Assembly: GCA_026396095.1 (NCBI GenBank)
Contig: JAPLXK010000009.1
Coordinates: 1 to 34,831, forward strand
Source: Candidatus Nealsonbacteria bacterium
GTDB taxonomy: Bacteria; Patescibacteriota; Minisyncoccia; Minisyncoccales; RBG-13-42-11
DNA: 34,831 bases
Direction: 5' to 3'
Both the position numbers and the translations under genes were made by a program. Under the pieces are notes generated by a model. That model searched no databases. It was not told where the DNA came from and saw only the letters and a program-made list of their open reading frames with translations. Shown in pieces: positions 1 through 9,037 of this stretch (positions within the stretch are counted from its first letter, which is position 1; the number at the start of each line of letters is the position of its first letter).

Positions 1-1
1 T

Positions 2-817
2 TCTCCTTCAAGTTCATTTATCAATGATTTTTTTAACTATAAATCCTGGCACAAAAAATACGACGGGAAAAAGGCAAAAATTATAACAGCCATAGCGATG
101 TTTTACGACCTGGATGATCCCAACGGATTTGTTTCAAGCGTGGCCAAGTGTCTTGATGAAAAAGGTGTATTCGTCATTCAAATGAGCTATCTGCCTTTAA
201 TGCTCGAGCAGAATGCTTTTGACAATATCTGTCACGAGCACATCGAATACTATTCACTTGAATCATTGAACAATCTTTTAAAGAGGCATAACTTGGAAGC
301 TTTTGACGTTGAGTTAAATGACGTAAACGGAGGCAGTTTCCGCATCTATATCCAGCATAAAGGTTATAGGAAGATAAGCGACAGGGTTCGTAAAATGGAG
401 AAAAAGGAAAAGAGATTAAAATTATCAAGTAAAAAAACCTATAAATCATTTATCAATAGAATCCTTGCCTTAAAGAAAAAACTGTATAATTTTATCAAAA
501 GCGAAAACAAAAAAGGTAAAAAAGTTTATGCTTACGGCGCTTCAACCAAAGGCAGCGTCCTGCTTCAATTTTTTAATCTGGACAACAAGATGATAAAAGC
601 CGTGGCAGATAGGAATCCAGATAAGTGGGGGAAAAAGATGATAGGAACCTCAATTACTATTATCTCCGAAGAACAGGCCAGGAAAGAAAAACCGGATTAT
701 TTTCTGATTCTTCCCTGGCACTTTTTGAAAGAGTTTGTTCAGCGCGAAAAGAAATACTTAAAATCGGGAGGAAAATTCATCGTGCCCCTACCAAAATTCA
801 AGATAATTGGGAAGTAA
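2..817 (+). CDS. NDP-sugar C-methyltransferase-like protein (5' partial)
   Basis: Frame is open from the window edge (...KAKIITAIAMFYD). Motifs FDNICHEH, NGGSFR, YGASTKG and LPWHF match the C-methyltransferase C-terminal domain. Confidence 0.85.
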   Translation, partial: SPSSSFINDFFNYKSWHKKYDGKKAKIITAIAMFYDLDDPNGFVSSVAKCLDEKGVFVIQMSYLPLMLEQNAFDNICHEHIEYYSLESLNNLLKRHNLEAFDVELNDVNGGSFRIYIQHKGYRKISDRVRKMEKKEKRLKLSSKKTYKSFINRILALKKKLYNFIKSENKKGKKVYAYGASTKGSVLLQFFNLDNKMIKAVADRNPDKWGKKMIGTSITIISEEQARKEKPDYFLILPWHFLKEFVQREKKYLKSGGKFIVPLPKFKIIGK

Positions 818-822
818 GGTTT

Positions 823-1248
823 ATGAAGGACGTAATAATTATCCCAACCTATAACGAAAAGGAAAATATCTCCCAAATAATCTCGGAGACATTCAAGCTA
901 TTACCGAGAGTTTTTGTTTTGGTGGTGGACGACAATTCTCCGGACGGGACAGCGGAAATAGTCAGGGAACTCAAGAAAAAATTTCCTAATTTATCGCTTC
1001 TATTGAGAAACAAAAAAGAGGGCCTGGGCAAAGCATACATTAATGCTTTCGAAGAAATATTAAAAGATAAGGACATTAAAAAAATCGTAATGATGGACGC
1101 TGATTTTACCCATAATCCCGCATACCTTTCGGAAATGCTCAAGGTGGCAGATAATTTCAACGTTGTGATCGGTTCTCGCCACGTTAAAGGAGGAAAAACC
1201 GAAGGATGGGAGCTATTTCGACTACACCTCGGGATTCAACGTGATTAA
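823..1248 (+). pseudogene. N-terminal part of a polyprenol-phosphate glycosyltransferase (GT2, DPM1/Ppm1-like), broken by a frameshifting deletion near 1218
   Basis: ATG at 823; IIPTYNE, VVDDNSPDGT, GLGKAY, MDADFTH, IGSR. Homology stops after GWELF and resumes in another frame as DYTSGF. Confidence 0.8.
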
Positions 1249-2320
1249 CGCCGATTTCTTGAGAAAAGTTGATTTTTCAAAAATAGATATTTCCGGTTAT
1301 GCCTTTCTGATAGAACTTAAATATTTATTAAGCAAAGAAGGAGCGTCGCTGAAAGAGATCCCGATATTGTTGAAAAACCGCCGGGGAGGGGAGTCTAAAA
1401 TTTCAAATCACATAATCAGCGAAGGGGTTTTTGCTCCCTGGAAAATGATTTTTAAAAAGATAAACAGATCCTGTCCCGTATGCGAAAAGAAAACAGCAGT
1501 TTTTTTTACCAAAAAGAACTCATTCAATTTTTTCAGATGCAACGATTGCGGATTGATTTTCATTTCTCCTGTCCCGGATAATAATTTAAAAATATATTCT
1601 TCTGATTATTTTAGCGGGGCAAAAAACGGATTTGGATACGTAGACTATGAGACAGACAAAAGGGCGATGTCTTCATCCCTTAATTCCTACTTGGACAAAA
1701 TAGAAAAGATTTTACCAAAAAAGGGCAACTTATTGGACGTAGGGACCGCTACCGGTTTTTTCATGGAGATAGCCGATAAAAGAGGCTGGAAGACCAAGGG
1801 CGTAGAGTTTTCCGAATATGCGGCTCAAAAAGCCAGAGATAAAAAATTGGATGTCAGAACGGGAACCCTAGAAAATGCCGGACTAGAGGAAAATTCTTTT
1901 AACCTGGTTACCCTTTGGGACGTTGTTGAGCATTTATCTAATCCCAAAGCAACACTCTCTTCGGTTTATAGGGTTTTAAAGAAAGACGGATTGATAGCCA
2001 TTAATACTCCGGATTCGGGAAGTTTTTTCGCCAGGATTCTCAATAAAAGATGGCATTTAATCGTTCCGCCCGAACATCTGTTTTTGTTCAGCCAAAAAAG
2101 CTTAGCCAAATTATTGAAAGAAATCGGCTTTGAAACTCTGCTTATCGGAAGAATCGGGAAAAAATTTACAATGCAATATGCTGTTCAGATATTAGCTGGC
2201 AAAAAAGAAAAATCGGCCCTGTCTCGGTTGGCAAAAATTTTAGTAAATAATCGTTTAGGTAAAATGATTATCCCCTTCAGCTTAGGAGATAATTTTTTTC
2301 TTTTAGCGCGTAAAAATTAA
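1241..2320 (+). CDS. GT2 C-terminal remnant fused to a Zn-ribbon class I SAM methyltransferase (probably the 3' part of one gene 823-2320)
   Basis: SGYAFLIE and RRGGESK are GT2 tail motifs; then CPVC..CNDC, LLDVGTATG, WDVVEH, PPEHL. Confidence 0.8.
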   Translation: MINADFLRKVDFSKIDISGYAFLIELKYLLSKEGASLKEIPILLKNRRGGESKISNHIISEGVFAPWKMIFKKINRSCPVCEKKTAVFFTKKNSFNFFRCNDCGLIFISPVPDNNLKIYSSDYFSGAKNGFGYVDYETDKRAMSSSLNSYLDKIEKILPKKGNLLDVGTATGFFMEIADKRGWKTKGVEFSEYAAQKARDKKLDVRTGTLENAGLEENSFNLVTLWDVVEHLSNPKATLSSVYRVLKKDGLIAINTPDSGSFFARILNKRWHLIVPPEHLFLFSQKSLAKLLKEIGFETLLIGRIGKKFTMQYAVQILAGKKEKSALSRLAKILVNNRLGKMIIPFSLGDNFFLLARKN

Positions 2321-2329
2321 TTTTTAAAA

Positions 2330-3595
2330 ATGATAACAAATTTCGCTAAAATAGAAGGTTTGTTTGGAAATAAAAAAGCCCTGTTGGTAATTTTGTTTTT
2401 TCTCCTTTCCTTTCAATTGGCGTACAGTTTTCTCTATCCTACTCACGGGCCAAGGGGCAAGGCTTGGCTTTCGCTCCCCGATCTGATCTCTCATGAAAAA
2501 TCGCCGCTCGACACCTCCGAAGGATCATTGATCACAAGGGCATATGTAATTTTAGATAATTACTACGTTAATGCTGATGGTGGGCAATATCTAATTTTAG
2601 CCAATAATTTCCCAAACCATTATGTTGGAAACAATCCCGTTATCCTAGACAGGCCGCTTTATTCTTTTTTGATTGCCACAGTTGCTTTTTTACCTCGCCT
2701 ATTTTTCGATTCTTATGCTACTCTTTTTGCCTCGGCCGTTTTCCTTAATTTTATTTTAGGATTTTTCTCGGTTACACTGTTTTATTATCTTTGCGAAAAA
2801 TTAATCAACTCCAGGGTTGCAATTTTATCTTCTCTGCTTCTGCTTTTTTCCCCCAGCTTTCACATTTGGATGGTGCAGATAATGCCGGAAATGCTTACCA
2901 ATTTTATGATAATAGCCACCCTGTTTTTACTGTATGAATATGTTAAAAATCCTTCGCCCCTTAAGCTTATAACCTTCTCTTTGATCGTCGGAACCTTTAT
3001 GCTTGGAAAAATGCTTTTTGCGCTGTCCATTTTCATCCTCATCAGCGCTTTTTATTTCCGGCGACTCAAAGAGGGGATTTTATTTTTGATAATTCATCTA
3101 ATCCCCCTGGCTCTTTGGTATTTGTTTGTTACAAAAGGTCTTAGAATGCCATTTTTTGTCAACGAGGTGACGGATTATGGTGTGGGTATATGGTTATTTA
3201 ATATTTTCAAATGGCCTTGGCAAAAAACAGCAGAAACATTTCTTGCTGTTTTGCCCCAATTCATAAGCATTGTAATTTACGGATTCTTATTGCTGCCGAT
3301 AATTTTTTCAATCATCGGATTTAAAAAAATAACAATTAGGAAGGGAAAATTTTTTATCATCAGCTTCGTCCTTTCTTTTTTAATTTTGATTTTTATAACA
3401 AATCTTTATTTTCCGCGCTATGGCTTCTGGATATATCCGGTGGTTTATCCGCTGGCCGTCCTGGGGATAGAAAGAGTAGCAGAATTTCTTAAAAAATATA
3501 AAGACTGGTACGCCCGAGCTTTTTATTTAATAGCCTATCTTTCAATAATCTCTATATCCAACAGCGATTTTTACAGGATTATTTATTATGGATAA
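2330..3595 (+). CDS. GT-C fold membrane glycosyltransferase (ArnT/PMT-like)
   Basis: Polytopic hydrophobic protein with periplasmic D..Y, RPLY, E-x-L and terminal PRY motifs, inside a glycan cluster. Confidence 0.65.
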   Translation: MITNFAKIEGLFGNKKALLVILFFLLSFQLAYSFLYPTHGPRGKAWLSLPDLISHEKSPLDTSEGSLITRAYVILDNYYVNADGGQYLILANNFPNHYVGNNPVILDRPLYSFLIATVAFLPRLFFDSYATLFASAVFLNFILGFFSVTLFYYLCEKLINSRVAILSSLLLLFSPSFHIWMVQIMPEMLTNFMIIATLFLLYEYVKNPSPLKLITFSLIVGTFMLGKMLFALSIFILISAFYFRRLKEGILFLIIHLIPLALWYLFVTKGLRMPFFVNEVTDYGVGIWLFNIFKWPWQKTAETFLAVLPQFISIVIYGFLLLPIIFSIIGFKKITIRKGKFFIISFVLSFLILIFITNLYFPRYGFWIYPVVYPLAVLGIERVAEFLKKYKDWYARAFYLIAYLSIISISNSDFYRIIYYG

Positions 3596-3633
3596 GCCTC
3601 CTTAAATGTTATAATTATTTTCATTACAAGCGC

Positions 3634-4005
3634 ATGTATCAAACTTATTTAATTTTATTGGTTTCCGTCTTGTCTACCGTTGCCGCCCAGCTTTGCCTAA
3701 AAAAAGGCGTTTTAGCCCTAGGAAGCATGAATCTTTCCATTAACAGTTTTTTGGGCCTTATCCCCCGTATTTTCCAAAATATCTGGCTATTGGGAGGGCT
3801 TTTTTTGTACGGAATAAGCTTTATTCTTTGGCTTTTTGTTATCTCCAAAATCAAATTAAATACCGCTTACCCGATCGCAACCAGCCTTAATTTCAGCTTG
3901 GTCGTTATTTTTTCTTGGCTTTTTTTAAAAGAACAAATGCTTCCTGTCCAAATCTTAGGAATCGCCGTTATTGTTTTCGGGATTTTTTTATTGTTAAAGC
4001 CTTAA
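3634..4005 (+). CDS. EamA/SMR-type small transporter, ArnE/ArnF-like lipid-linked sugar flippase subunit
   Basis: 123 aa, about 4 TM helices, AQLCLKKG, AYP and LFLKE motifs. Confidence 0.75.
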   Translation: MYQTYLILLVSVLSTVAAQLCLKKGVLALGSMNLSINSFLGLIPRIFQNIWLLGGLFLYGISFILWLFVISKIKLNTAYPIATSLNFSLVVIFSWLFLKEQMLPVQILGIAVIVFGIFLLLKP

Positions 4006-4018
4006 ATTTCACATAAAA

Positions 4019-4711
4019 ATGACTCTATCCGTTCTTATTCCAATTTACAACGAGAAAAATACTATTTTAGAAATTTTAAAAAGAATTGACGCCGTAGATC
4101 TTAGCGAAATTTCTTTTAAAAAAGAAATTGTTCTCGTTGATGACGGATCTTCCGACGGTACGCGTCAAATATTAAAAGGACTGGAAGACAAATATAAAAT
4201 TATTTATCATCCCAAAAACCAGGGAAAGGGGGCGGCCATTAAAACCGGCCTCAATCACGTTTTCGGAGATTATGTTATCATCCAGGACGCTGACCTGGAG
4301 TACGATCCGAAGGACTATATAAAACTTCTGAAAGTGGCACTCAAGAATAAGGCTGAAGTCGTCTACGGATCGCGCAGATTAAACCCAAAAAATAAATATT
4401 CGCACCTTTCTTTTTATTTGGGAGGAATCATGCTTAATTGGCTAGCCAGTATTTTATATGGAATAAAAATCACCGACGAATCAACCTGTTATAAGCTGTT
4501 TAAAACAGAAACAATCAAGTCAATACCCTTGGGATGCAAAAGGTTTGAGTTTTGCCCGGAAATTACGGCTAAAATAGCAAAAAGAAAAATTAAGATTTAT
4601 GAAGTGCCGATAGAATATTATCCGCGGGATAAAAAGGAAGGGAAGAAAATAAAATGGAGAGACGGCTTCGAGGCCTTATGGGTATTGATTAAGTATAAAT
4701 TTACTGATTAA
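4019..4711 (+). CDS. GT2 polyprenyl-phosphate glycosyltransferase (ArnC/DPM-like)
   Basis: IPIYNE, VDDGSSDGT, NQGKGAA, QDADLEY, GSR, EGKKIKWRDG. Confidence 0.9.
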   Translation: MTLSVLIPIYNEKNTILEILKRIDAVDLSEISFKKEIVLVDDGSSDGTRQILKGLEDKYKIIYHPKNQGKGAAIKTGLNHVFGDYVIIQDADLEYDPKDYIKLLKVALKNKAEVVYGSRRLNPKNKYSHLSFYLGGIMLNWLASILYGIKITDESTCYKLFKTETIKSIPLGCKRFEFCPEITAKIAKRKIKIYEVPIEYYPRDKKEGKKIKWRDGFEALWVLIKYKFTD

Positions 4712-4713
4712 AA

Positions 4714-5817
4714 ATGACTAATTTTAAAAAATACCTGTTAATTTCTCTTTCTTTGGCTTTGATAAGCGCCGTTTTGCTGTTGGTTTATTTTGTCCCGAGA
4801 TTTGATCACACCGATACGGCGCAATATATTTCTACAATAAAAAATATTTCCGGAGATCGTGGGGCCGAGCTTTTTCAGAACAGGATACTAAAGCCGATGC
4901 CTATTTTTATCAGCGTTTTATTGAGCCCGGTTTTTGGTGAAAAAAACAGCCTTATTATCCAGAATTTAGTTTTCTATTTTTTGTCGGTATTCTTGATATT
5001 TCTTCTGATTTATCGTCTATATAAAAACGAGAAGCAGGCTTTTTACGGAACCGTTTTATATATAGGAGCCTATCCGATGCTTGCCTACGGATTGGCCGCC
5101 CTTACTGATTTATCGGGATGGTTTTTCTATATCCTTTCAATTTTAATCTCGCTTAATTTTATAGAGAAGCCAAATCTTAAGACAGCGTTTTTGGCTGGAT
5201 CGATTGCCGGCTTAGGAATTTTATTTAAAGAAAACATGGCCGCCGCGCCGATATTTTTTGCAAGCATATTATTCTTAACAACAAATCTTTCCGTAAAAGA
5301 CAAATTGAAACATATTTTAATTTATGGAATTCCTTTTGCGATTATCATTCTGGTCAACAGTATTATTATTTATAAGCTTTATTCCTATTCTTACCTTGAT
5401 TGGTATATGGCTCAATTCAACCATCCCCAAGAAGGATTTTTTGCCTATACGCCATTGCGGATCGCGATAGAAATGATCAGGGTTTTGCTGGTCGGGTGGG
5501 TGTTTGTTTTATTGGGAATAAAAAAAGAACTTATCGCAAAAAACAAGGAGCGCATGAAGGTCCTTGCCGCCCTGATCTTACCTTCTTTGTCTTTTTTCCT
5601 TTGGGCTTATCCCCACAACCGCATAGCCTATATTGCCGCCCCCCTGTTGGTCCTCTTGGGAAGCTTCGGGATTTTACGAAATTATAAAAATTACAAGCTT
5701 AATAATTTCGTAGAATTAACCTTGCTTTCACTATATGTTTTGGTAAATTATGCTGCTCTTGAGTTTTTCTTGAATTACGGAACCATACTTCAGCCACCAG
5801 GAACTTTTTTCGGATAA
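4714..5817 (+). CDS. Second GT-C-like polytopic membrane protein
   Basis: About 10 TM helices; DT.QY, NRIL.P, LTD and LFKE motifs typical of GT-C enzymes. Confidence 0.55.
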   Translation: MTNFKKYLLISLSLALISAVLLLVYFVPRFDHTDTAQYISTIKNISGDRGAELFQNRILKPMPIFISVLLSPVFGEKNSLIIQNLVFYFLSVFLIFLLIYRLYKNEKQAFYGTVLYIGAYPMLAYGLAALTDLSGWFFYILSILISLNFIEKPNLKTAFLAGSIAGLGILFKENMAAAPIFFASILFLTTNLSVKDKLKHILIYGIPFAIIILVNSIIIYKLYSYSYLDWYMAQFNHPQEGFFAYTPLRIAIEMIRVLLVGWVFVLLGIKKELIAKNKERMKVLAALILPSLSFFLWAYPHNRIAYIAAPLLVLLGSFGILRNYKNYKLNNFVELTLLSLYVLVNYAALEFFLNYGTILQPPGTFFG

Positions 5818-5823
5818 AAATAT

Positions 5824-6882
5824 ATGAACGAGAAGCTACCGTTTGTTTCTATAATAATTCCCTGCAGAAATGAAGAAAAATTCATTCAAAAATGTCTGGG
5901 TTCTTTGGTTGAACAAGACTACCCAAAAGAAAGACTAGAGATTTTGGTCGCAGACGGCTCTTCGGAAGATAAAACGCGGGAGATTGCTGGAGGGTTCGTT
6001 GAGAGATACCCCTTTATCAAAATCTTAAACAATCCTAAAAAGAATACCCCTTCAGGGCTTAATATTGGAATAAAGGGCGCAAGAGGAGAATTTATCGCCA
6101 GGATGGATGCGCACGCTGAATACGAAAAAGAATATATATCCAAATGCGTTAAATATATTAAGGAATATGGAGTTGATAATATCGGTGGCGTTATGATAAC
6201 AATATCCAGAAAGGATACGGCATTGGGAAGGGCGATAGTTGCCGTTTTGTCTCATCCCTTCGGCGTCGGTAACGCCATTTTTAGGATAGGCGCCGAAAAG
6301 CCGATTTTAGTTGATACGGTATTTGGCGGTTTTTATAAGAGGGAAGTATTTGAAAGAATAGGGTATTTTAACGAAAATTTGCACCGCGGGCAGGATATGG
6401 AATTCAATCTGAGACTTAGAAAATCTGGAGGGAAAATTCTTTTGGTTCCGGAAATAAAAAGTTTTTATTACGCGCGGTCTGGTTTCTTTTCTTTTTGGCA
6501 GCACAGCTTCACCGACGGGGCAGAACTGATCAGTCCCCTGAGATTAGGCGTAGTAATTTTTTCCTGGCGACACCTTGCCCCCCTTGTGTTCGTATTAGGA
6601 TTAATCATCCTCTCATTATTGTCGTTTTTTTCTCAGAAATTTCTGTGGCTACTTATCGCCTTTTCGGGATTGTATTTTTTGGTAAATCTTTATTTTTCTG
6701 CTATGATTTCTTTTAAAGAAAAGGATTTTCGGTATTTATTTTTTGCGCCTATTGCATTTACTTTGCTTCATATTGGTTACGGACTTGGGTCTTTTTATGG
6801 ATTGATAAAGCTTTTCTCTTCAAAATCATTTTTGAGTAAATCTTCAAAAAAAATTAAGCCGACGATTAAAACAAATCAATAA
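5824..6882 (+). CDS. GT2 glycosyltransferase (ExoA-like) with C-terminal TM helices
   Basis: IIPCRNEE, DG.SED.T, RMDAH, QDMEFN.R. Confidence 0.85.
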   Translation: MNEKLPFVSIIIPCRNEEKFIQKCLGSLVEQDYPKERLEILVADGSSEDKTREIAGGFVERYPFIKILNNPKKNTPSGLNIGIKGARGEFIARMDAHAEYEKEYISKCVKYIKEYGVDNIGGVMITISRKDTALGRAIVAVLSHPFGVGNAIFRIGAEKPILVDTVFGGFYKREVFERIGYFNENLHRGQDMEFNLRLRKSGGKILLVPEIKSFYYARSGFFSFWQHSFTDGAELISPLRLGVVIFSWRHLAPLVFVLGLIILSLLSFFSQKFLWLLIAFSGLYFLVNLYFSAMISFKEKDFRYLFFAPIAFTLLHIGYGLGSFYGLIKLFSSKSFLSKSSKKIKPTIKTNQ

Positions 6883-6888
6883 TCATTT

Positions 6889-8439
6889 ATGAATATTCTA
6901 TTTTGCAGCCTAGAGGAAGGATTCCGCGGGATATCTGTCAGATATATGTCTTCATATATAAAAAGCAAGGGACACTCGTCAAAGATATTGTTTTTTAATA
7001 GAGACCGCCAAGTCCATCCCAGCTCTGCCGGTTTCGGTGCAGAGGAGGTTTCGGAATTCGTTGATTTTATAAAGAATCACAAGATTGATTTAGTCGGCAT
7101 TTCGATAATGACCGAAAATTTTCTTGAGGCCAAAGATTTGATAGTAAAAGCTAAAAAGAATCTTCCTTTAACAAAATTTGTTCTTGGCGGGGTTCATGCC
7201 ACGGTTTGTCCGAAAGAATGCGTTGAGACAGGAGCGGATTTTGTTATTGCGGGTGATGGCGAAGTCCCTCTTTATAAGTTGATATCAGGGGACGATCCTA
7301 AAAAGATTAATGGGCTTGCTTTTATGTCAGACAATAAAATAGTAATTAATCCTCCCGTTCCCTCCGAGTCGATTGATCTTAAGGATCTGCCTTTTCCTGA
7401 TTGGGGATTTGAAGACGTTTTCTTCTTCAAAAAAGACAAAATTGAGGGATTGAACGAAAAAGATTTCAAAGCAGGATCCACTTGGTCCGGGAAATATTAT
7501 CCTCTTACAACCTCCCGCGGTTGTCCTTATCACTGTGCATATTGTTGCAATGTAAACAGATATTCGATCAAGAGAAATTCTATAGGCAAGATTATGGATG
7601 AGCTAGAATATATCAAAAAAACATTGCCCTTCACCTGCGGTTTAAATATCCAGGATGACAGTTTTTATCTCGGTTCGGATGAATGGATTGCTGAATTTTG
7701 CAGAGAATTAAAAATTCGTTTCGGATGGCCTTTTATTGTTAGGCTTATGCCTCGCCTTGTCGGAGAAAAAAGAATAGAAATACTGAAAGAGGGGGGAGTG
7801 GAATTTGTCAGCATGGGTATACAGGGAAGCGACAGGCTCAATAAAGAATTGTATGACCGTAATGAAACTTCTGAAAATTTTTTGACAGCATGTAAAATTT
7901 TACGCAAATACAATATAAAATATATCATTGACGTTCTTCTGGATAATCCATACGAGACAGAAGAAGATTTAAAAGAAATTGCCCTGACCCTGAGTAAGAC
8001 GCCAAAGCCTTTCGGAGTGAATGCCTTCAGCTTAACCCTTTTTCCAGGAACAAAGCTTTGTGACAAGGCGAAAGCAGATGGATATTATGAAAAATTCTCG
8101 ACCGACCCTTACGAAGGGCAGACCCTTCAGACCTATTCTTTTTTGACCAAATTATACAGGCACGAGTACGATCTGGGAAAAACAGGAAAATATACTACGC
8201 CTGTTGCATGGAGAAAATTAATCTATGCCATAGCTCCGATGGCGCCGGAAGGCACGGTTAAAAGAATAATCGAGCAAGGGGTTTTGACCGAGAAAAGCAG
8301 CAGGGAAATAGATAGTCTTTATAAAAGATATTCTGTCATGGTTAGATTCGGCAATTGGTTCAAAGAATTGGCTCCTTCTTTATTTGTGGTTGCGATAAAT
8401 ATTTATATGAAAATTAGGGGAGAAAAAACAAAAGCTTGA
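6889..8439 (+). CDS. Cobalamin-binding radical SAM protein
   Basis: N-terminal B12 domain (VGIS, GGVHAT, GDGE); SRGCPYHCAYC (CxxxCxxC), DDSF, PGT.L. Confidence 0.9.
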   Translation: MNILFCSLEEGFRGISVRYMSSYIKSKGHSSKILFFNRDRQVHPSSAGFGAEEVSEFVDFIKNHKIDLVGISIMTENFLEAKDLIVKAKKNLPLTKFVLGGVHATVCPKECVETGADFVIAGDGEVPLYKLISGDDPKKINGLAFMSDNKIVINPPVPSESIDLKDLPFPDWGFEDVFFFKKDKIEGLNEKDFKAGSTWSGKYYPLTTSRGCPYHCAYCCNVNRYSIKRNSIGKIMDELEYIKKTLPFTCGLNIQDDSFYLGSDEWIAEFCRELKIRFGWPFIVRLMPRLVGEKRIEILKEGGVEFVSMGIQGSDRLNKELYDRNETSENFLTACKILRKYNIKYIIDVLLDNPYETEEDLKEIALTLSKTPKPFGVNAFSLTLFPGTKLCDKAKADGYYEKFSTDPYEGQTLQTYSFLTKLYRHEYDLGKTGKYTTPVAWRKLIYAIAPMAPEGTVKRIIEQGVLTEKSSREIDSLYKRYSVMVRFGNWFKELAPSLFVVAINIYMKIRGEKTKA

Positions 8440-8443
8440 ACTT

Positions 8444-9037
8444 ATGTTAAAACGTTCTTTTGATTTTCTGCTTTCTTTATTCGGCTTGGCAATAATCTCG
8501 CCCTTGCTATTGGCTATCTCTTTATGGATAAAGATTGATTCTTTCGGCCCGGTTTTTTACCGAGGAGAGAGGGTGGGCCAGTTTGGTAAAAAATTCAGGA
8601 TTTTTAAATTTAGGACAATGGTTCAAAACGCAGATAAGATGGGCGGGCCATCAACAGCTAGTGATGATCCTCGGTTGACAAAAATTGGGGATTTTTTAAA
8701 AAAATATCAGATTGATGAACTGCCCCAATTAATAAACGTTTTCCTGGGACAGATGAGCTTAGTCGGACCGAGACCGGAAGTTCCTTTCTATGCCGACATG
8801 ATGATCGAAGAAGAAAAAAAAATAATCCTTTCCGTGCCCCAAGGAATGACGGATCTTGCCTCTTTGTGGGATTTTCATGAAGGAGAAGTCTTGAAAGGCA
8901 GTCCCGATCCGGAAAAAGCATATATGGAAAAAATAAGACCAAAGAAATTGGAGCTACAAGAAGAATACGCCAGAAACCACAATTTTTTTCTAGATTTAAA
9001 AATAATTTTTCAAACAATTCTTAAAATATTTTCTTGA
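8444..9037 (+). CDS. Initiating phosphoglycosyl transferase (PglC-like)
   Basis: KRSFD, KFRTM, DPR.T..G, IDELPQL.NV, MSLVGPRP. Confidence 0.92.
   Translation: MLKRSFDFLLSLFGLAIISPLLLAISLWIKIDSFGPVFYRGERVGQFGKKFRIFKFRTMVQNADKMGGPSTASDDPRLTKIGDFLKKYQIDELPQLINVFLGQMSLVGPRPEVPFYADMMIEEEKKIILSVPQGMTDLASLWDFHEGEVLKGSPDPEKAYMEKIRPKKLELQEEYARNHNFFLDLKIIFQTILKIFS

Noticed and set aside
625-822. Long N-terminal extension of the GT2 ORF
   Set aside because: Overlaps the methyltransferase; GT2 homology begins at ATG 823.
1210-1225. Programmed ribosomal frameshift in the GT2 gene
   Set aside because: About 20 conserved residues are missing, so frameshifting alone would not restore the protein.
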